A stretch of 64,000 nucleotides of DNA. Origin: Alphaproteobacteria bacterium. Lineage in GTDB: Bacteria > Pseudomonadota > Alphaproteobacteria > MPNO01. The notes under the pieces were generated by a model. It worked only from the letters and a program-made list of their open reading frames with translations, did no database searches and had not been told where the DNA came from. Below are positions 30,011 to 40,334 of this stretch, piece by piece. Location: NCBI GenBank assembly GCA_965248835.1, contig CBDFLJ010000002.1, forward strand, positions 2,304,001-2,368,000, given 5' to 3'. The position numbers and the translations under genes are program-made. Within the stretch, counting starts at the first letter, position 1; the number at the start of each line of letters is the position of its first letter.

Positions 30011-30181
30011 GCGAGCACGAGCACGCCCGCTGCGCGATACCGTTTTCCGATCATCCGCCCAGCATCCCTGAATCGGCGCAGTCATGCCAGCATCGGGACC
30101 GGCGGGAGGTGTCTGCCCTCCGGCACGCAGGGCAGAGACGCCGCTGCGGTCTTCTCCCGGCACCGGCGAGGGCCGCAGCGG
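30008..30181. repeat. Direct repeat copy 2 (HEAT gene 5' end) fused to IS1380 remnant
   Basis: Matches 21350-21520, with the hairpin loop inverted. Confidence 0.9.
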
Positions 30182-30284
30182 CGCCTCGAGCCCGAGACCG
30201 TGGTGTTCCGGCTCTGGCCCCATAAAAGAGCTTCATGATTCGGGTTGGATCTGATTCGAGCTGCCAGACCATGGGAGCTCGGGG

Positions 30285-30539
30285 ATGTCGGAGAGCTTCT
30301 GGCGGAGCGATGAGCGGTCTGGGCGTCTGGCGCCGTTGCTGCCGTCGGATGCGCGCGGCGTGCCCTCGCCCGAAGACGAATTTCAAGAACGCAAGGTCTC
30401 CAAGGCGGCGGCCATCCGTATGAAGACGCTCATGGACCGCGGCTTGGACCGGTTGCTCCATGTCTACGACGTGGGCGACCGTTGGTGGTACGATGTGGTC
30501 ATCGAAGAGGTCTTCGAAGGCGACGCGGTCATCGCGTAA
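30285..30539 (+). pseudogene. Fragment of plasmid pRiA4b ORF-3-like protein
   Basis: LLHVYDVGDRWWYDVVIEEV resembles the family YxYDFGDxW motif. Confidence 0.5.
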
Positions 30540-30590
30540 GGGGTGCTGCGCCGTGCGGTATCGGCGCGAAACGATTTGTTTCGGAGGTGG

Positions 30591-31076
30591 ATGATGTGGC
30601 GCGCCATTGCGCTATTCATGATCGGCGGCGTTTGCGGTACCGGGCTCGGCGTTGCGCTGGGATTCTTCGCCTTTCCTTACGTGTTCCCCCCGCCCGAAGC
30701 GGCGGAGACGTTGCGTGCCGGCGAGCGGACCGAGGTCGTGGCCAAGGGCATGTTCATCCACGCCAACCCGTCGGACCCGGTCCATTACGGCAAGGGCGGC
30801 GTGACCGTCTACGAGAACACGGTCTTCCTGGAGCAGGATTTCGAGGTCGGGCCGGGGCCGAAATTCCACGTCTACCTGGTGCCCAGGGCCATGGTGCGGG
30901 AATCCGCGCATGTCGCCCAGGCCATGTTCGTCGACCTGGGCCGCCTGCGCGCGTTCAAGGGCAGCCAGAAATACGCCATCCCGGCCGGCATCGACCTGAC
31001 CAGGTTCGACAGCGTCGTCATCTGGTGCGAGCGATTCAAGGTATTGATCTCGCCGGCGGACCTGAAACGCGGCTAG
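30591..31076 (+). CDS. DM13 domain-containing protein
   Basis: N-terminal TM; GPGPKFHVYL, DLGRLRAFKGSQKYAIP, VVIWCERF. Confidence 0.88.
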   Translation: MMWRAIALFMIGGVCGTGLGVALGFFAFPYVFPPPEAAETLRAGERTEVVAKGMFIHANPSDPVHYGKGGVTVYENTVFLEQDFEVGPGPKFHVYLVPRAMVRESAHVAQAMFVDLGRLRAFKGSQKYAIPAGIDLTRFDSVVIWCERFKVLISPADLKRG

Positions 31077-31164
31077 GGTTTTATCCGGCCGCGGCCTTCG
31101 CCATCGCGCGCAGCGCGCGGTCGAGCCGCGCTCCGGCATGGCCGCGCGGCCGGGGACAAGTTCA

Positions 31165-31719
31165 ATGATTGCGCCTGACGCACCCTTCAAGGGCAGCGAC
31201 GGACTGACGGTCGGGGACTTCTGGGCGTGGGCCTTCTCTGATCTGCTCTCGAACGCAACCAGAGGCATCCTCGCCGAGTTCGTAGTGGCCGCCAGATTGG
31301 GCGTTCATCACCAGCCGCGCATTGAATGGGATTCCCATGACCTGACGTACAAAGGTCATGGAATCGAGGTGAAGTCGGCCGGCTACCTGCAATCGTGGCA
31401 ACAGTCGACTCCGTCGAAAATTCGCTTCGATGTACGCACCCGAAACGAAGTTTGGCAGCACGAGACAAACACCTGGGTGAAACCCGGTGGTCGAACTGCG
31501 GCCGTCTATGTTTTCTGCTTATTCGCCGAGGAGAGCGCCGAGCGGGCCAACGTCCTAGACCTCGCCCAATGGGAGTTTTACGTGATCTCGACGGGCGTCT
31601 TGAACGCCGAACTTGGAGATCAGAAATCGGTGGGCCTTACGAAGTTAAGGAAAATGACCCAGCCGATGGCTTATGACGCCATCAAGGCAGCGGTTGATAG
31701 GGCTCTAACACGCAGCTGA
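31165..31719 (+). CDS. Putative PD-(D/E)xK endonuclease
   Basis: DFWAWAFSDLLSNATRGILAEF, WDSHDL..IEVKS. Confidence 0.7.
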   Translation: MIAPDAPFKGSDGLTVGDFWAWAFSDLLSNATRGILAEFVVAARLGVHHQPRIEWDSHDLTYKGHGIEVKSAGYLQSWQQSTPSKIRFDVRTRNEVWQHETNTWVKPGGRTAAVYVFCLFAEESAERANVLDLAQWEFYVISTGVLNAELGDQKSVGLTKLRKMTQPMAYDAIKAAVDRALTRS

Positions 31720-31878
31720 TTGATGTGGTTTTCGCCTATTACAGATATATAAATCAGTGGGTTAGATAAGGTGGAGGCTAGCTCGGATGCGGAACCCGGA
31801 GGGCGGCTCGGATCGCCGACAGCATCGCGGCGGATATTCTGGCGGCCGGCTCTGGGTCGGACGGTGACCAAGTACACG

Positions 31879-31928
31879 CAGGCTCATAACCTGAAGGCCG
31901 CAGGTTCAAATCCTGCCCCCCGCAACCA
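31879..31928 (+). pseudogene. 3' half of initiator tRNA-Met (att-site remnant)
   Basis: caggctcataacctgaagg..gcaggttcaaatcctgcccc..gcaacca (CAT anticodon, T-arm, CCA); no D-arm or 5' acceptor strand. Confidence 0.85.
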
Positions 31929-31931
31929 CTG

Positions 31932-31968
31932 AATCCCCTGAAACCATTGAAGTTTTCGGGGGTTTTTC
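31932..31968 (+). terminator. Putative intrinsic terminator after the tRNA fragment
   Basis: cccctgaaa...tttcggggg followed by ttttt. Confidence 0.55.
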
Positions 31969-32353
31969 GATTCTCGGATTGGGTCTGAGTTTGAGCTGTC
32001 AACACATCGTCAACACGAGAGCATCAGCGCGATATGCGTGTTCCCCGTGACTTCATTGGGGACCGGGCGACCTGGGGCAAGGTCTTGCGCAACGCGCCCT
32101 ACCCCTGCGGATCCGGCGGGAAATACGTGCACCGCCACGGCTGGGTCTGACGCCTGCCGGCCCCATCCTGGGGGAGGGTTCGGTTGGCTGCACGATTTCG
32201 GCTTCGTCCGGAGGGGGGGCTGAGAAGCGGTCTGAAGACCCTGCACCGAGCCCGTCGAAGGGGCCGCGCAAAGAAGCGTCGTCCCCAAGGACGCAGCCGG
32301 GAAAGCGGCCTGCGGGCTTGCCTTGCAGCCGTCGGGAGTGACAGGATTCGGGC

Positions 32354-33217
32354 ATGCCAGCAGGAAGGAGCCCTGCCATAATTTCGCGCCGTCACTTTCT
32401 CGCAGCCTCGGCCGGCGCGGCGCTGCTGCCCTCGGCGGCCCGCGCCGTCGGCGCGCCGTTGCCGATCTTCGACGCCCATATCCATTTCAGCCACGACGCG
32501 GCCGAGCGGTTTTCCGTCGGCGAAGCTGTCGCCATTCTGGAGAAGGCGGGGCTGAAGCGGGCGCTGGTGTCGAGCTCGGACGACGCAGGCACCCGCGCGC
32601 TCTACGCCGCCGCGCCGGGCCTCGTCTTGCCCAGCCTGCGCCCCTACCGCCGGCGCGGCGAGATCAACAGCTGGGTCGACGATCCGTCGGTGATCGACTT
32701 CCTCGAGCACCGTCTGAAGCGCTTCAAGTGGGTCGCGGTCGGCGAATTCCACCTCTTCGCCTCGCAAACCGACAAGGCGGTGCCGCGGCGCATGATCGAG
32801 TTGGCGCGGCAGCACAATCTTCTCCTGCACGCCCATTCGGACGCCGGCGCGGTCGACGGGATCTTCGCCCAATGGCCGGAAGCGCGGGTCCTGTGGGCCC
32901 ATGCCGGCTTCGTCGATCCGGATGTCGTCGGCTCGATGCTCGGAAAGCACACGAACCTGTGGACCGATCTGGCCTTCCGCAGCGAACACGCCCATGGCGG
33001 CCGGGTCGACGACGACTGGCGCAGCCTGTTCGCCGCCTTCCCGGACCGCATCACCGTCGGCACCGACACTTTCACGCCGGAACGCTGGCACTATGTCGTC
33101 GAGCACGCCGACTGGACCCGGCAATGGCTGACCGACCTGCCGCGCGACCTCGCCGAAAAGATCGCCTGGCGCAACGGCGAGGCGATGATCCGGCCGCACC
33201 TGGCGCAACTGCGCTAG
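32354..33217 (+). CDS. Tat-exported amidohydrolase_2 family protein
   Basis: SRRHFL twin-arginine motif; DAHIH, GEFH, HAH, WAHAG, VGTD. Confidence 0.85.
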   Translation: MPAGRSPAIISRRHFLAASAGAALLPSAARAVGAPLPIFDAHIHFSHDAAERFSVGEAVAILEKAGLKRALVSSSDDAGTRALYAAAPGLVLPSLRPYRRRGEINSWVDDPSVIDFLEHRLKRFKWVAVGEFHLFASQTDKAVPRRMIELARQHNLLLHAHSDAGAVDGIFAQWPEARVLWAHAGFVDPDVVGSMLGKHTNLWTDLAFRSEHAHGGRVDDDWRSLFAAFPDRITVGTDTFTPERWHYVVEHADWTRQWLTDLPRDLAEKIAWRNGEAMIRPHLAQLR

Positions 33218-33223
33218 CGCGCG

Positions 33224-33634
33224 ATGGCCCGGTGGCGCCTCGGCGGACCGGCGCTCGCGGCCGCGCTTACCCTCGTTCTCGCGGCCGGCCAGGCGGCGGC
33301 CTGCGCCCGTCCGCAGGGCTGGACCGGCGGCGCGAGAATCGCCGGCGCGCTATGGACGGCATGGTGGCGATCGGAACCCGCCCCGATTCCGGTCGGCGCG
33401 CATTTTTCCGTCCGTTTCCATCTGTGCGGGCCGCCGGTCGGCCGGGTCGGGGTGCGCGGCTGGATGCCGGACCACCGGCACGGAATGAACTACCGGCCCG
33501 CGGTAACCCTGAACGGCTCGTCCGGAACGGCCGAAGGCCTGCTGTTCCACATGCCGGGGCGCTGGCAGCTGATTCTGGATGTCCGCGGCGCGGCGGGCCG
33601 CGAGAAGCTGACCGCCAAAACGGTGCCGGAGTGA
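33224..33634 (+). CDS. Exported FixH/YtkA-like protein
   Basis: Signal peptide; MPDHRHGMNY, LFHMPGRW. Confidence 0.75.
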   Translation: MARWRLGGPALAAALTLVLAAGQAAACARPQGWTGGARIAGALWTAWWRSEPAPIPVGAHFSVRFHLCGPPVGRVGVRGWMPDHRHGMNYRPAVTLNGSSGTAEGLLFHMPGRWQLILDVRGAAGREKLTAKTVPE

Positions 33635-34857
33635 CGCCTTGGCGCTCGGGCGCGTCCGTCGCCGCGCGGCTGGCCGCTGGGCTCACGGGATTTCCGATCG
33701 TATTCTGTATACTTTCCGGCATCGCCGTGCTGGCGTCGGCGCTCGACTTCACCGCCGAGGAAGAACGCCGGATCCTGCGCCACGGGCCGTGGCCGCCAGC
33801 CTCGCGGCCCGATCCGAGCAACCGGGTTTCCGGCAAACCGGCCGCCATCGCCTTCGGCCGAGCGCTGTTCTTCGATCCGCGGCTGTCGCTCTCCGGCGCA
33901 GTCTCGTGCGCAACCTGCCACCCGCCGGACCGGGCCTGGACCGATGGCCTACCGCGAAGCCGTGGGCACCGGATCGTCGACCGCAACGCACCCAGCCTGT
34001 TCAACTTGCGGTTCAACCGGTGGTTCGGCTGGGACGGAGCGCAGGACACGCTGTGGGCGCAAAACCTGCGGCCCCTCCTCGACCGGCGCGAAATGGGTGT
34101 CGGCCCCGGCGGCGCGGCGCGGCTGGTCCGCTCCGACCGGCAGCTTTCCTGCGGCTACCGGAGCGCTTTCGGCGTAGCGCCCGGCGCAGACGACGCACGG
34201 ATTTTCGTCGATCTCGGCAAGACATTGGCGGCGTTCCTGGAAACCCAGGTCACCGGCCGGACGCCGTTCGATGATTTCCGCGACGCCCTGGCCCGCGACG
34301 ATGCGGCCGGTCGGGCCCGCTATCCGGCCGCCGCCGGGCGCGGCCTGCGCCTGTTCGTCGGCCGGGGCAACTGCGCCTTCTGCCATTTCGGCCCGGCGTT
34401 CACCAACGGCGAGTTCGCCGATGCCGGCGTGCCGCATTTCGTCGAACCCGGCCGGGTCGATCCCGGCCGACACGGCGGCATCCGCAAATTGCGCCGGAGC
34501 CCGTACACCCTGCTGGGCCGCTTCAATGACGATGCGCAACGCTCCACCGCCGCCAAGACCCGCTATGTTCGCCCGCGCCAAAGCAACTTCGGCGAGTTCC
34601 GGGTGCCGGGCCTGCGCAACGTGGCGCTCACCGGGCCCTACATGCATGCCGGCAGCCTCGAGACGCTCGCCGACGTCGCCCGCCACTATTCGACGATCGA
34701 CGAGGAACGGCTGCACGCCGGAGGTGAACGGATTCTGCGCCGCCTGGACCTTAGCGCGCGCGAACGGGCCGATCTCGTCGCCTTTCTCGAAACGCTGACG
34801 GAAAAAAAACCGCTTCACGAAATCGTAAAGAAAACCGGAATCGCCGTGTGCCGATAG
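33631..34857 (+). CDS. Di-heme cytochrome c peroxidase (MauG/MbnH-like)
   Basis: GTGA overlap; LFFDPRLS..CATCH, CAFCH, FRVPGLRNV, PYMHAGS. Confidence 0.9.
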   Translation: MTPWRSGASVAARLAAGLTGFPIVFCILSGIAVLASALDFTAEEERRILRHGPWPPASRPDPSNRVSGKPAAIAFGRALFFDPRLSLSGAVSCATCHPPDRAWTDGLPRSRGHRIVDRNAPSLFNLRFNRWFGWDGAQDTLWAQNLRPLLDRREMGVGPGGAARLVRSDRQLSCGYRSAFGVAPGADDARIFVDLGKTLAAFLETQVTGRTPFDDFRDALARDDAAGRARYPAAAGRGLRLFVGRGNCAFCHFGPAFTNGEFADAGVPHFVEPGRVDPGRHGGIRKLRRSPYTLLGRFNDDAQRSTAAKTRYVRPRQSNFGEFRVPGLRNVALTGPYMHAGSLETLADVARHYSTIDEERLHAGGERILRRLDLSARERADLVAFLETLTEKKPLHEIVKKTGIAVCR

Positions 34858-34913
34858 CCAAATTCGCTTTCTGCACGATTGAACTTCCGGCAATAATCGC
34901 GATTCTTCGGTCC

Positions 34914-34995
34914 GTGCCGTCCTCTCTCGATTTCGAAAAACCGATCGCCGAACTCGAAGGCAAGATCGAGAAATTGCGCCATCTGCCGGACGGCC
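34914..34995 (+). pseudogene. accA: N-terminal fragment of acetyl-CoA carboxylase carboxyltransferase alpha
   Basis: LDFEKPIAELEGKIEKLRHL; cut off by IS256 remnant. Confidence 0.75.
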
Positions 34996-35261
34996 GAGAA
35001 GCCGATCATCTCGCGCAAAAGGTCGGCGTCGGAACTCTTTTCCAACAGCGCGCGCAGGGTCATCATGTCGTTGGCGGTCATCGTGGTTCTCCTCCGGTCG
35101 GGTGGACTCTGCAAGCCCAACCCTAAACCGGTACCGCGATGGCCTCCGCTATGGATAACCGGCTCGCCGCCGCCAGACCCTTGGCGGTCGCTGCGGCGAG
35201 CCGCTTACCCACAGCTACCAGAGGCAGCCAGAGCTCCTACACCACGTCTGGGGACACAACC
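34996..35261 (-). mobile_element. IS256-family left end with transposase N-terminus
   Basis: MMTLRALLEKSSDADLLREMIGF; end ggttgtgtccccagacgtggtgtag. Confidence 0.85.
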
Positions 35262-35318
35262 GCCGTTTGCTCGCTTGCATGGAACAGGGACGCTCATGCC
35301 GGCCAAAAGATAGCGACC

Positions 35319-35789
35319 TCAATCCCCCGCGAACGCGATCAATCGCCCACAGACGAGTGCTCCCAGCCAGCAAACCGTCGAGAGGATGGCATGACCGACC
35401 AGGCGGGCGCGCGGGGCGTCCTTGAGCAGGAACCCGTGGGCCCGGCACAGAGCGAGCGTAGACAGGACCCCGACAGCGATGAAGGTTAGCTTGAGCTGCA
35501 GGAATCCGACGCCGCTGTATTCCCGCGCCCGGACCGAGAACAGCAGCGGTCCCGTGAGCAGGGCAAGGGTCAGCCCGCTCGCCGCAACCGGCGCGAGCAC
35601 CCGCACCACCGCTTCGCGAGAGATACCGCGCCACACGCCAAGAAGCCGCAGATTGAGCGGGACGACGGACCCGATCAGCAGGGCGATCGCGAAGATGTGC
35701 GCGGTGTTGACTGCGGCATAGACCCAGCGGGACCCCCGCAGAGCCTGCGCCAGGGCCGTCCCCTCGAGCGCCGCGAACAGGGCCTCCAA
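35319..35789 (-). CDS. DUF6644/DUF2214-like membrane protein
   Basis: Four hydrophobic segments; VNTAHI, GPLLF, GRLIAF. Confidence 0.75.
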   Translation of the reverse strand: MEALFAALEGTALAQALRGSRWVYAAVNTAHIFAIALLIGSVVPLNLRLLGVWRGISREAVVRVLAPVAASGLTLALLTGPLLFSVRAREYSGVGFLQLKLTFIAVGVLSTLALCRAHGFLLKDAPRARLVGHAILSTVCWLGALVCGRLIAFAGD

Positions 35790-35793
35790 GGTC

Positions 35794-36162
35794 TCAGTCG
35801 CGCCCGGGGTAGAGGATGTACGCGCGTTTGCCCAGGAATAGCCGTTCCACCTTGATCCGTTTTTCCGACACATCGTCGGCCGGCTCGCCGATCAACCGGA
35901 TTTCGACCCCTTCGGCCAGATCGCCGTCCTTGAGGCCGGCGCGTTCGTTGCGCCAGGGCTGACCGACCTCGGCCGTCCACTCCTCGCCCTCCACGTCGAT
36001 CTTCAGAATGCCGTGGGGATTGCCCAGCCGGACGGTCTTGACGATGCCGGTCAAATCGATATTGCCGCCGGTCGTCCACGACCAGCCGTGATGGGCCAGA
36101 GTCCCGACCGTCGGAGCCGTGAGTCCCAGGGCCAAGACCGTGATGAACAAGAGCCTCATCAT
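35794..36162 (-). CDS. DUF6152-like exported protein
   Basis: Signal peptide then AHHGWS, NPHG, YPGRD. Confidence 0.8.
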   Translation of the reverse strand: MMRLLFITVLALGLTAPTVGTLAHHGWSWTTGGNIDLTGIVKTVRLGNPHGILKIDVEGEEWTAEVGQPWRNERAGLKDGDLAEGVEIRLIGEPADDVSEKRIKVERLFLGKRAYILYPGRD

Positions 36163-36607
36163 GGTGCTCCTCCGATGCCTCAAGCGTTACCGGGAAGGTT
36201 GCGTCACACGATCGGACATTCAAGCCGACACGTCTCGGACAAGCTGCAAGTCTATCGCGATCATACCCTTGGAGAATAGATGACCGTACGGTTAAGCGAG
36301 GCATTTGCTTGGGTGAGTAGCTGAAGGGGTATCCTGCAAGTAAGGACGCCAAACGCACAGACCCGCATGCAGTCTTTGTGCGATCGGAGGATTGTCCTGA
36401 CTGTAAATAGCATATCTTTGTAATCATTGATGTTTTCGTGGTTGCCTGTCATGCGGATACCTGGCCGTCGCCGCGCCGCGGGAATCGGCGGAGAATCGTC
36501 CTGATTCTGTTGTCCGGCGCCTGGCTTGCGGTGCACGGCGAAATCGGGCTCACGGACCGCCCGACGCGTACGGTTTAGCCGGCCGCCTGGCACCGTCCGG
36601 TGCAGCG

Positions 36608-36838
36608 TCAGGCGAGGCGCCGCGCGACCTGCCAGCGGCGCGCGGCCACCACCGCCCAAATTCCCTCTGCGATCAGGAAGGGATAGGAATCGATCAGGTA
36701 GGCGTAGACCGCGGCGAGCGAGCAGCCGACCGCGAAGGCGGCGATGAAGAACGTGCCGCGTCTCTCGAGAGCGTAGGACGCGACCATCGTCGCGATGGCA
36801 ACGATGCCGAGGATTTCTACCAGGGGCGGGGCCGTCAT
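36608..36838 (-). CDS. Small membrane protein
   Basis: 76 aa, three hydrophobic segments, YPFLIAEGIW. Confidence 0.7.
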   Translation of the reverse strand: MTAPPLVEILGIVAIATMVASYALERRGTFFIAAFAVGCSLAAVYAYLIDSYPFLIAEGIWAVVAARRWQVARRLA

Positions 36839-37074
36839 GACGGGTCGCCCCCGGGCCTGTCACCGTGGGGCGGCTCGGGGAGCGGCGCGTCCCGACCGGC
36901 GCGCTTCGCGCATTCGGTCGCTTGGTTCGCGAACCGCCGGGTGACGAGCGCCCGGTCATGGAACCGCCGGTGGCTGGAGACGCGATGCCGGAGATCCACC
37001 GGGTCCATTTTTTCGCAATAGCGGATAGTCGAGTCTGGCACGCCAAGCCGCGCCGTAACCTCGCCGATCGTCAT
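36835..37074 (-). pseudogene. Degenerate MerR-family regulator
   Basis: MTIGEVTARLGVPDSTIRY followed by decayed sequence. Confidence 0.65.
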
Positions 37075-37451
37075 CGTCGGACTCCCTTCCGCCTTACCCG
37101 TTTGTGGCGCAATTTAGCGCGACGAGCAGGCCGGCACCCATCGCGTCGAGCGCGATCCCGATGGGCTCGATAGTCGACACGGAGCCGAACGCCACTCGGG
37201 AGACAGCCCGGAGAGTTGGCGACCGCATCGGACATGTTGCGTCATCCGAACGGGAGCGAGATGTCTCGCGCACCGGGTCCGCGCGATGGACGGCCCGCTC
37301 AGCGCGGTGCTGTCGCAACACCGTATTTTGGCACCCCGCGCACCGGTTCGCTACACACCGGTTCGCTACAATTGTCATGGTCGGGCCCGCGTCCTGGAAA
37401 CTGCGCATTCTTGCGTGCTACGATGAAACGTCTCTAACCGGAGGGCATGGC

Positions 37452-38729
37452 ATGGACGGGCACGAAGCGATCGAGAACCGCATTGCGCCGGGTGCGGAGA
37501 CGGATTCGTCGGGCTATGTGCCGTCGCTTCAACTCACGAAAGGACAGCCGCCGCCCATCGCGGCGAATGGCGGCTTGTCATACATGTCGTTCGATCGGGA
37601 CGGGGATGCGGGAACGGCCGCGGCGATCCAGGCGGCGCTCGACCAGGTCGCCGAAGGGCGTGTGCAGGCGTTTATCGATCGGATCGAAAGCGCGCCCCCC
37701 GGTCCCATCGAGACCGAGTGGGCCCCCGGGTTCCGCGAATACGAGGAATGCCTGGAGTATATTCGGGCGAACAACATCGAGGCCCCCGAAGGCGGTTTGG
37801 CGCTTCCGCTACGATACACTGCGCACGAGCAACCGTCCTACTCCATCGTTTCGTCCAACGCGCTCTGGCGGGACCCGGCGCGCGCGGCGGAGGCGAAAGA
37901 GTTGCGCAAGGCCGAAGAGAACAACGGGCGGCGCAGCCTCTACTTCCCGCAGGTGATGCGCGACGCACGCCGCATCGGGGAGTACTACCCCGGGCTATCG
38001 GTCGAGAGCCCCGAATGCATGGACAAGCTCGGCGTCTCGCTGGCGCATCTCGAATCCAAATGCGAAAACTTCTACGACTCGGCGGAGGTGGAACGCGTGT
38101 TCTACCCGGAGATCGAGAAGCTCCTGCTGTCGTTCTTCCCGGATGCGACCGATGCGCTCGTCTACAACCACGACATCTTCGACAAGGACTATCAGGGCGA
38201 CCGCACGGAAGACCAGGACGCCAAGAACCCGGGCGTGAACGCCAACTACGTCAACCTCGTGCACAACGACCTGAACGACAACAGCGGCCGGGTACGCTGC
38301 CGCGAGTTGCTGACGAAGAACCTGCGGAACTTCGGGCGCGAGCAGCACTGCACGGAGGCAGAGGCTGACGAGAAGATGTCGCGGCGATTCATGTCGATCA
38401 ATCTCGCCAAGCCGATGGAAACCGTAGGCCAGTTCCCCTTCGTTCTCTGCGCCTGGCCCTCTTTCGCCGACCAGCCCTACATCACGAATTATCGCGTCTA
38501 CGACGACCGCGTCGGCGAGACCACGCGTTTCACCTACCGGCCCGACCACGAGTGGTACTGGTTTCCCCAGCAGAAGCCGACCGAGATCTCGATGCTCAAA
38601 TGCTACGACACCATCGCCGACGGCTCCGTCTCACGCTGGTCTTTCCACACGGCCTGCATCGACCCGACCGAGCCCTCCGACGCGCCCTGTCGTAAGAACG
38701 CCGTGGTCCGCGCCTTTGTCTTCTTCTAA
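37452..38729 (+). CDS. CmcJ/NvfI/AsaB-like oxidoreductase
   Basis: NFYDSAEVERVFYPE, VHND, HEWYWFP, FHTACIDP; GGAGGG RBS. Confidence 0.8.
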   Translation: MDGHEAIENRIAPGAETDSSGYVPSLQLTKGQPPPIAANGGLSYMSFDRDGDAGTAAAIQAALDQVAEGRVQAFIDRIESAPPGPIETEWAPGFREYEECLEYIRANNIEAPEGGLALPLRYTAHEQPSYSIVSSNALWRDPARAAEAKELRKAEENNGRRSLYFPQVMRDARRIGEYYPGLSVESPECMDKLGVSLAHLESKCENFYDSAEVERVFYPEIEKLLLSFFPDATDALVYNHDIFDKDYQGDRTEDQDAKNPGVNANYVNLVHNDLNDNSGRVRCRELLTKNLRNFGREQHCTEAEADEKMSRRFMSINLAKPMETVGQFPFVLCAWPSFADQPYITNYRVYDDRVGETTRFTYRPDHEWYWFPQQKPTEISMLKCYDTIADGSVSRWSFHTACIDPTEPSDAPCRKNAVVRAFVFF

Positions 38730-39009
38730 ATGCTTGAGCGGAACTGCAGATCGCGTTGGCGTTTCGGCAAAAATCCGGCGGTCCAATCGACGTAGGGGTT
38801 TCGACACCAACGCTTGACCCAGCTGCGCGGAAGGCCATGCGGCGCGGATTCTCTCCGCACCGTAAGACGCCAACGCCAACACCACGCGCTTCGCTCGCTG
38901 TCGCAATCTTGCCCTGCCGCGACCGGATCACCCGGCCGCCTTACCCCTGCGCCGTTCACAGACACTTCACAAGGCCAGGAAGGCCAAACGCTTACGAGAG
39001 GCATGAGAG

Positions 39010-39714
39010 ATGGACGGACGGAAAGTAGCGATCGTCACCGCCGGCGGCCGGGGGATGGGCGCCGCGATTGCCCGGGCTCTCGCCGCGCAGGATCACGCGC
39101 TTGTCCTGATGTCGCCCGGCGGGTCCGCAGAGGCGCTGGCCGCAGAGCTCGGTGCGATCGGCGTCAACGGTTCGGTCACCAGGGCCGGGGACCTCGAAAA
39201 GCTGGTCGGCGCCGCGATGGACGCCCATGGCCGGATCGACGCCGTGGCCAACAACACCGGTTTCCCGCCCAAGGGGCCGCTGCTCGAGATCCCCGACGAG
39301 GACTGGCATGACGGCCTCGATATGGTCCTGATGAACGTCATCCGCATGGCCCGGCTGGTGACGCCGATCATGGCCGGGCAGCGCGGCGGTGCGATCGTCA
39401 ACATTTCCACCTACGCCGCCGTCGAGCCCAGCCCGGCCTATCCGGTCTCCGCGACCTTCCGGGCGGGGCTCTCCGCGTTCACCAAGCTCTATGCCGATCG
39501 CTACGCCCCCGACGGCATCCGCATGAACAACATCCTGCCCGGCTTCATCGATACCCACGGCGTCGACGAAGAGGTGGCGGAAGGCATCCCCGCGCGACGC
39601 TACGGAACCCCGGAAGAGGTGGGCGAAACTGCGGCGTTCCTGCTCTCCGAGGGCGCCGGCTACATCACCGGCCAGAACCTCCGCATCGATGGCGGGCTGA
39701 CGCGGTCGGTGTAG
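39010..39714 (+). CDS. SDR family oxidoreductase
   Basis: TAGGRGMG, NNTG, ILPGFIDT, YITGQNLRIDGG. Confidence 0.92.
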   Translation: MDGRKVAIVTAGGRGMGAAIARALAAQDHALVLMSPGGSAEALAAELGAIGVNGSVTRAGDLEKLVGAAMDAHGRIDAVANNTGFPPKGPLLEIPDEDWHDGLDMVLMNVIRMARLVTPIMAGQRGGAIVNISTYAAVEPSPAYPVSATFRAGLSAFTKLYADRYAPDGIRMNNILPGFIDTHGVDEEVAEGIPARRYGTPEEVGETAAFLLSEGAGYITGQNLRIDGGLTRSV

Positions 39715-39834
39715 CCCGCCGCTTTCCTCACGGGTGCAACGAGATACAGATCGCCTCTTCGCCGGGTATCTCGCCGTCGAGCATCCGGACGGCCGGATCG
39801 AGATCGCGTTGTCGAACGGCCACCGGGTGAGCGC

Positions 39835-40334
39835 GGTCGGGGCGTTCTCCAGCCGGCTCATGGTGGGCTGCGAGCACAGCGGGCGGCCGCTCTCCGGCGC
39901 CTGGCCCACGGCCGGCTTGAGCAGGGGATCGGTGCGCAGGGCGTCGCAGTCCTCGGTATCCTCGTATCCGCAGGCGATCGCGAACATGCGGAAGCGCAGC
40001 ATTGCCGACAGCGTGTGCACCACCAGCGCCGGGTCGCGCCAGTCCCGGATGCAGCCCGCCAACGTCTCGGCCAGGCCGAGCCGGCGTTCCGCCTCGCGCA
40101 ACAGAACCAGGCCGCCGTCCGAGGAGATCAGGCCGCCATCGAAATCGGCGGTCACCTTCCTGCGTCGGACGGCTGGAAGATCGAACGGGAGAAGGGTATC
40201 TTCGGTCATGGCGGCGTGGCGCTTTCGTTGCCTGGAAAGAATGACGCTTCGACAACGAATTTCTACCCGACGACAACGACTTACGCCACGTTTGCCACCG
40301 CAACATCAGGCCCGGCATGAATAATGGGGGTTAG
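39835..40334 (-). mobile_element. IS1380-family left end with truncated transposase
   Basis: DFDGGLISSDGGLVLL, IACGYED, CSQPTMSRLENAP. Confidence 0.9.

Noticed and set aside
31840-31928. Complete tRNA-Met gene
   Set aside because: No D-arm or 5' acceptor strand upstream of the anticodon stem.
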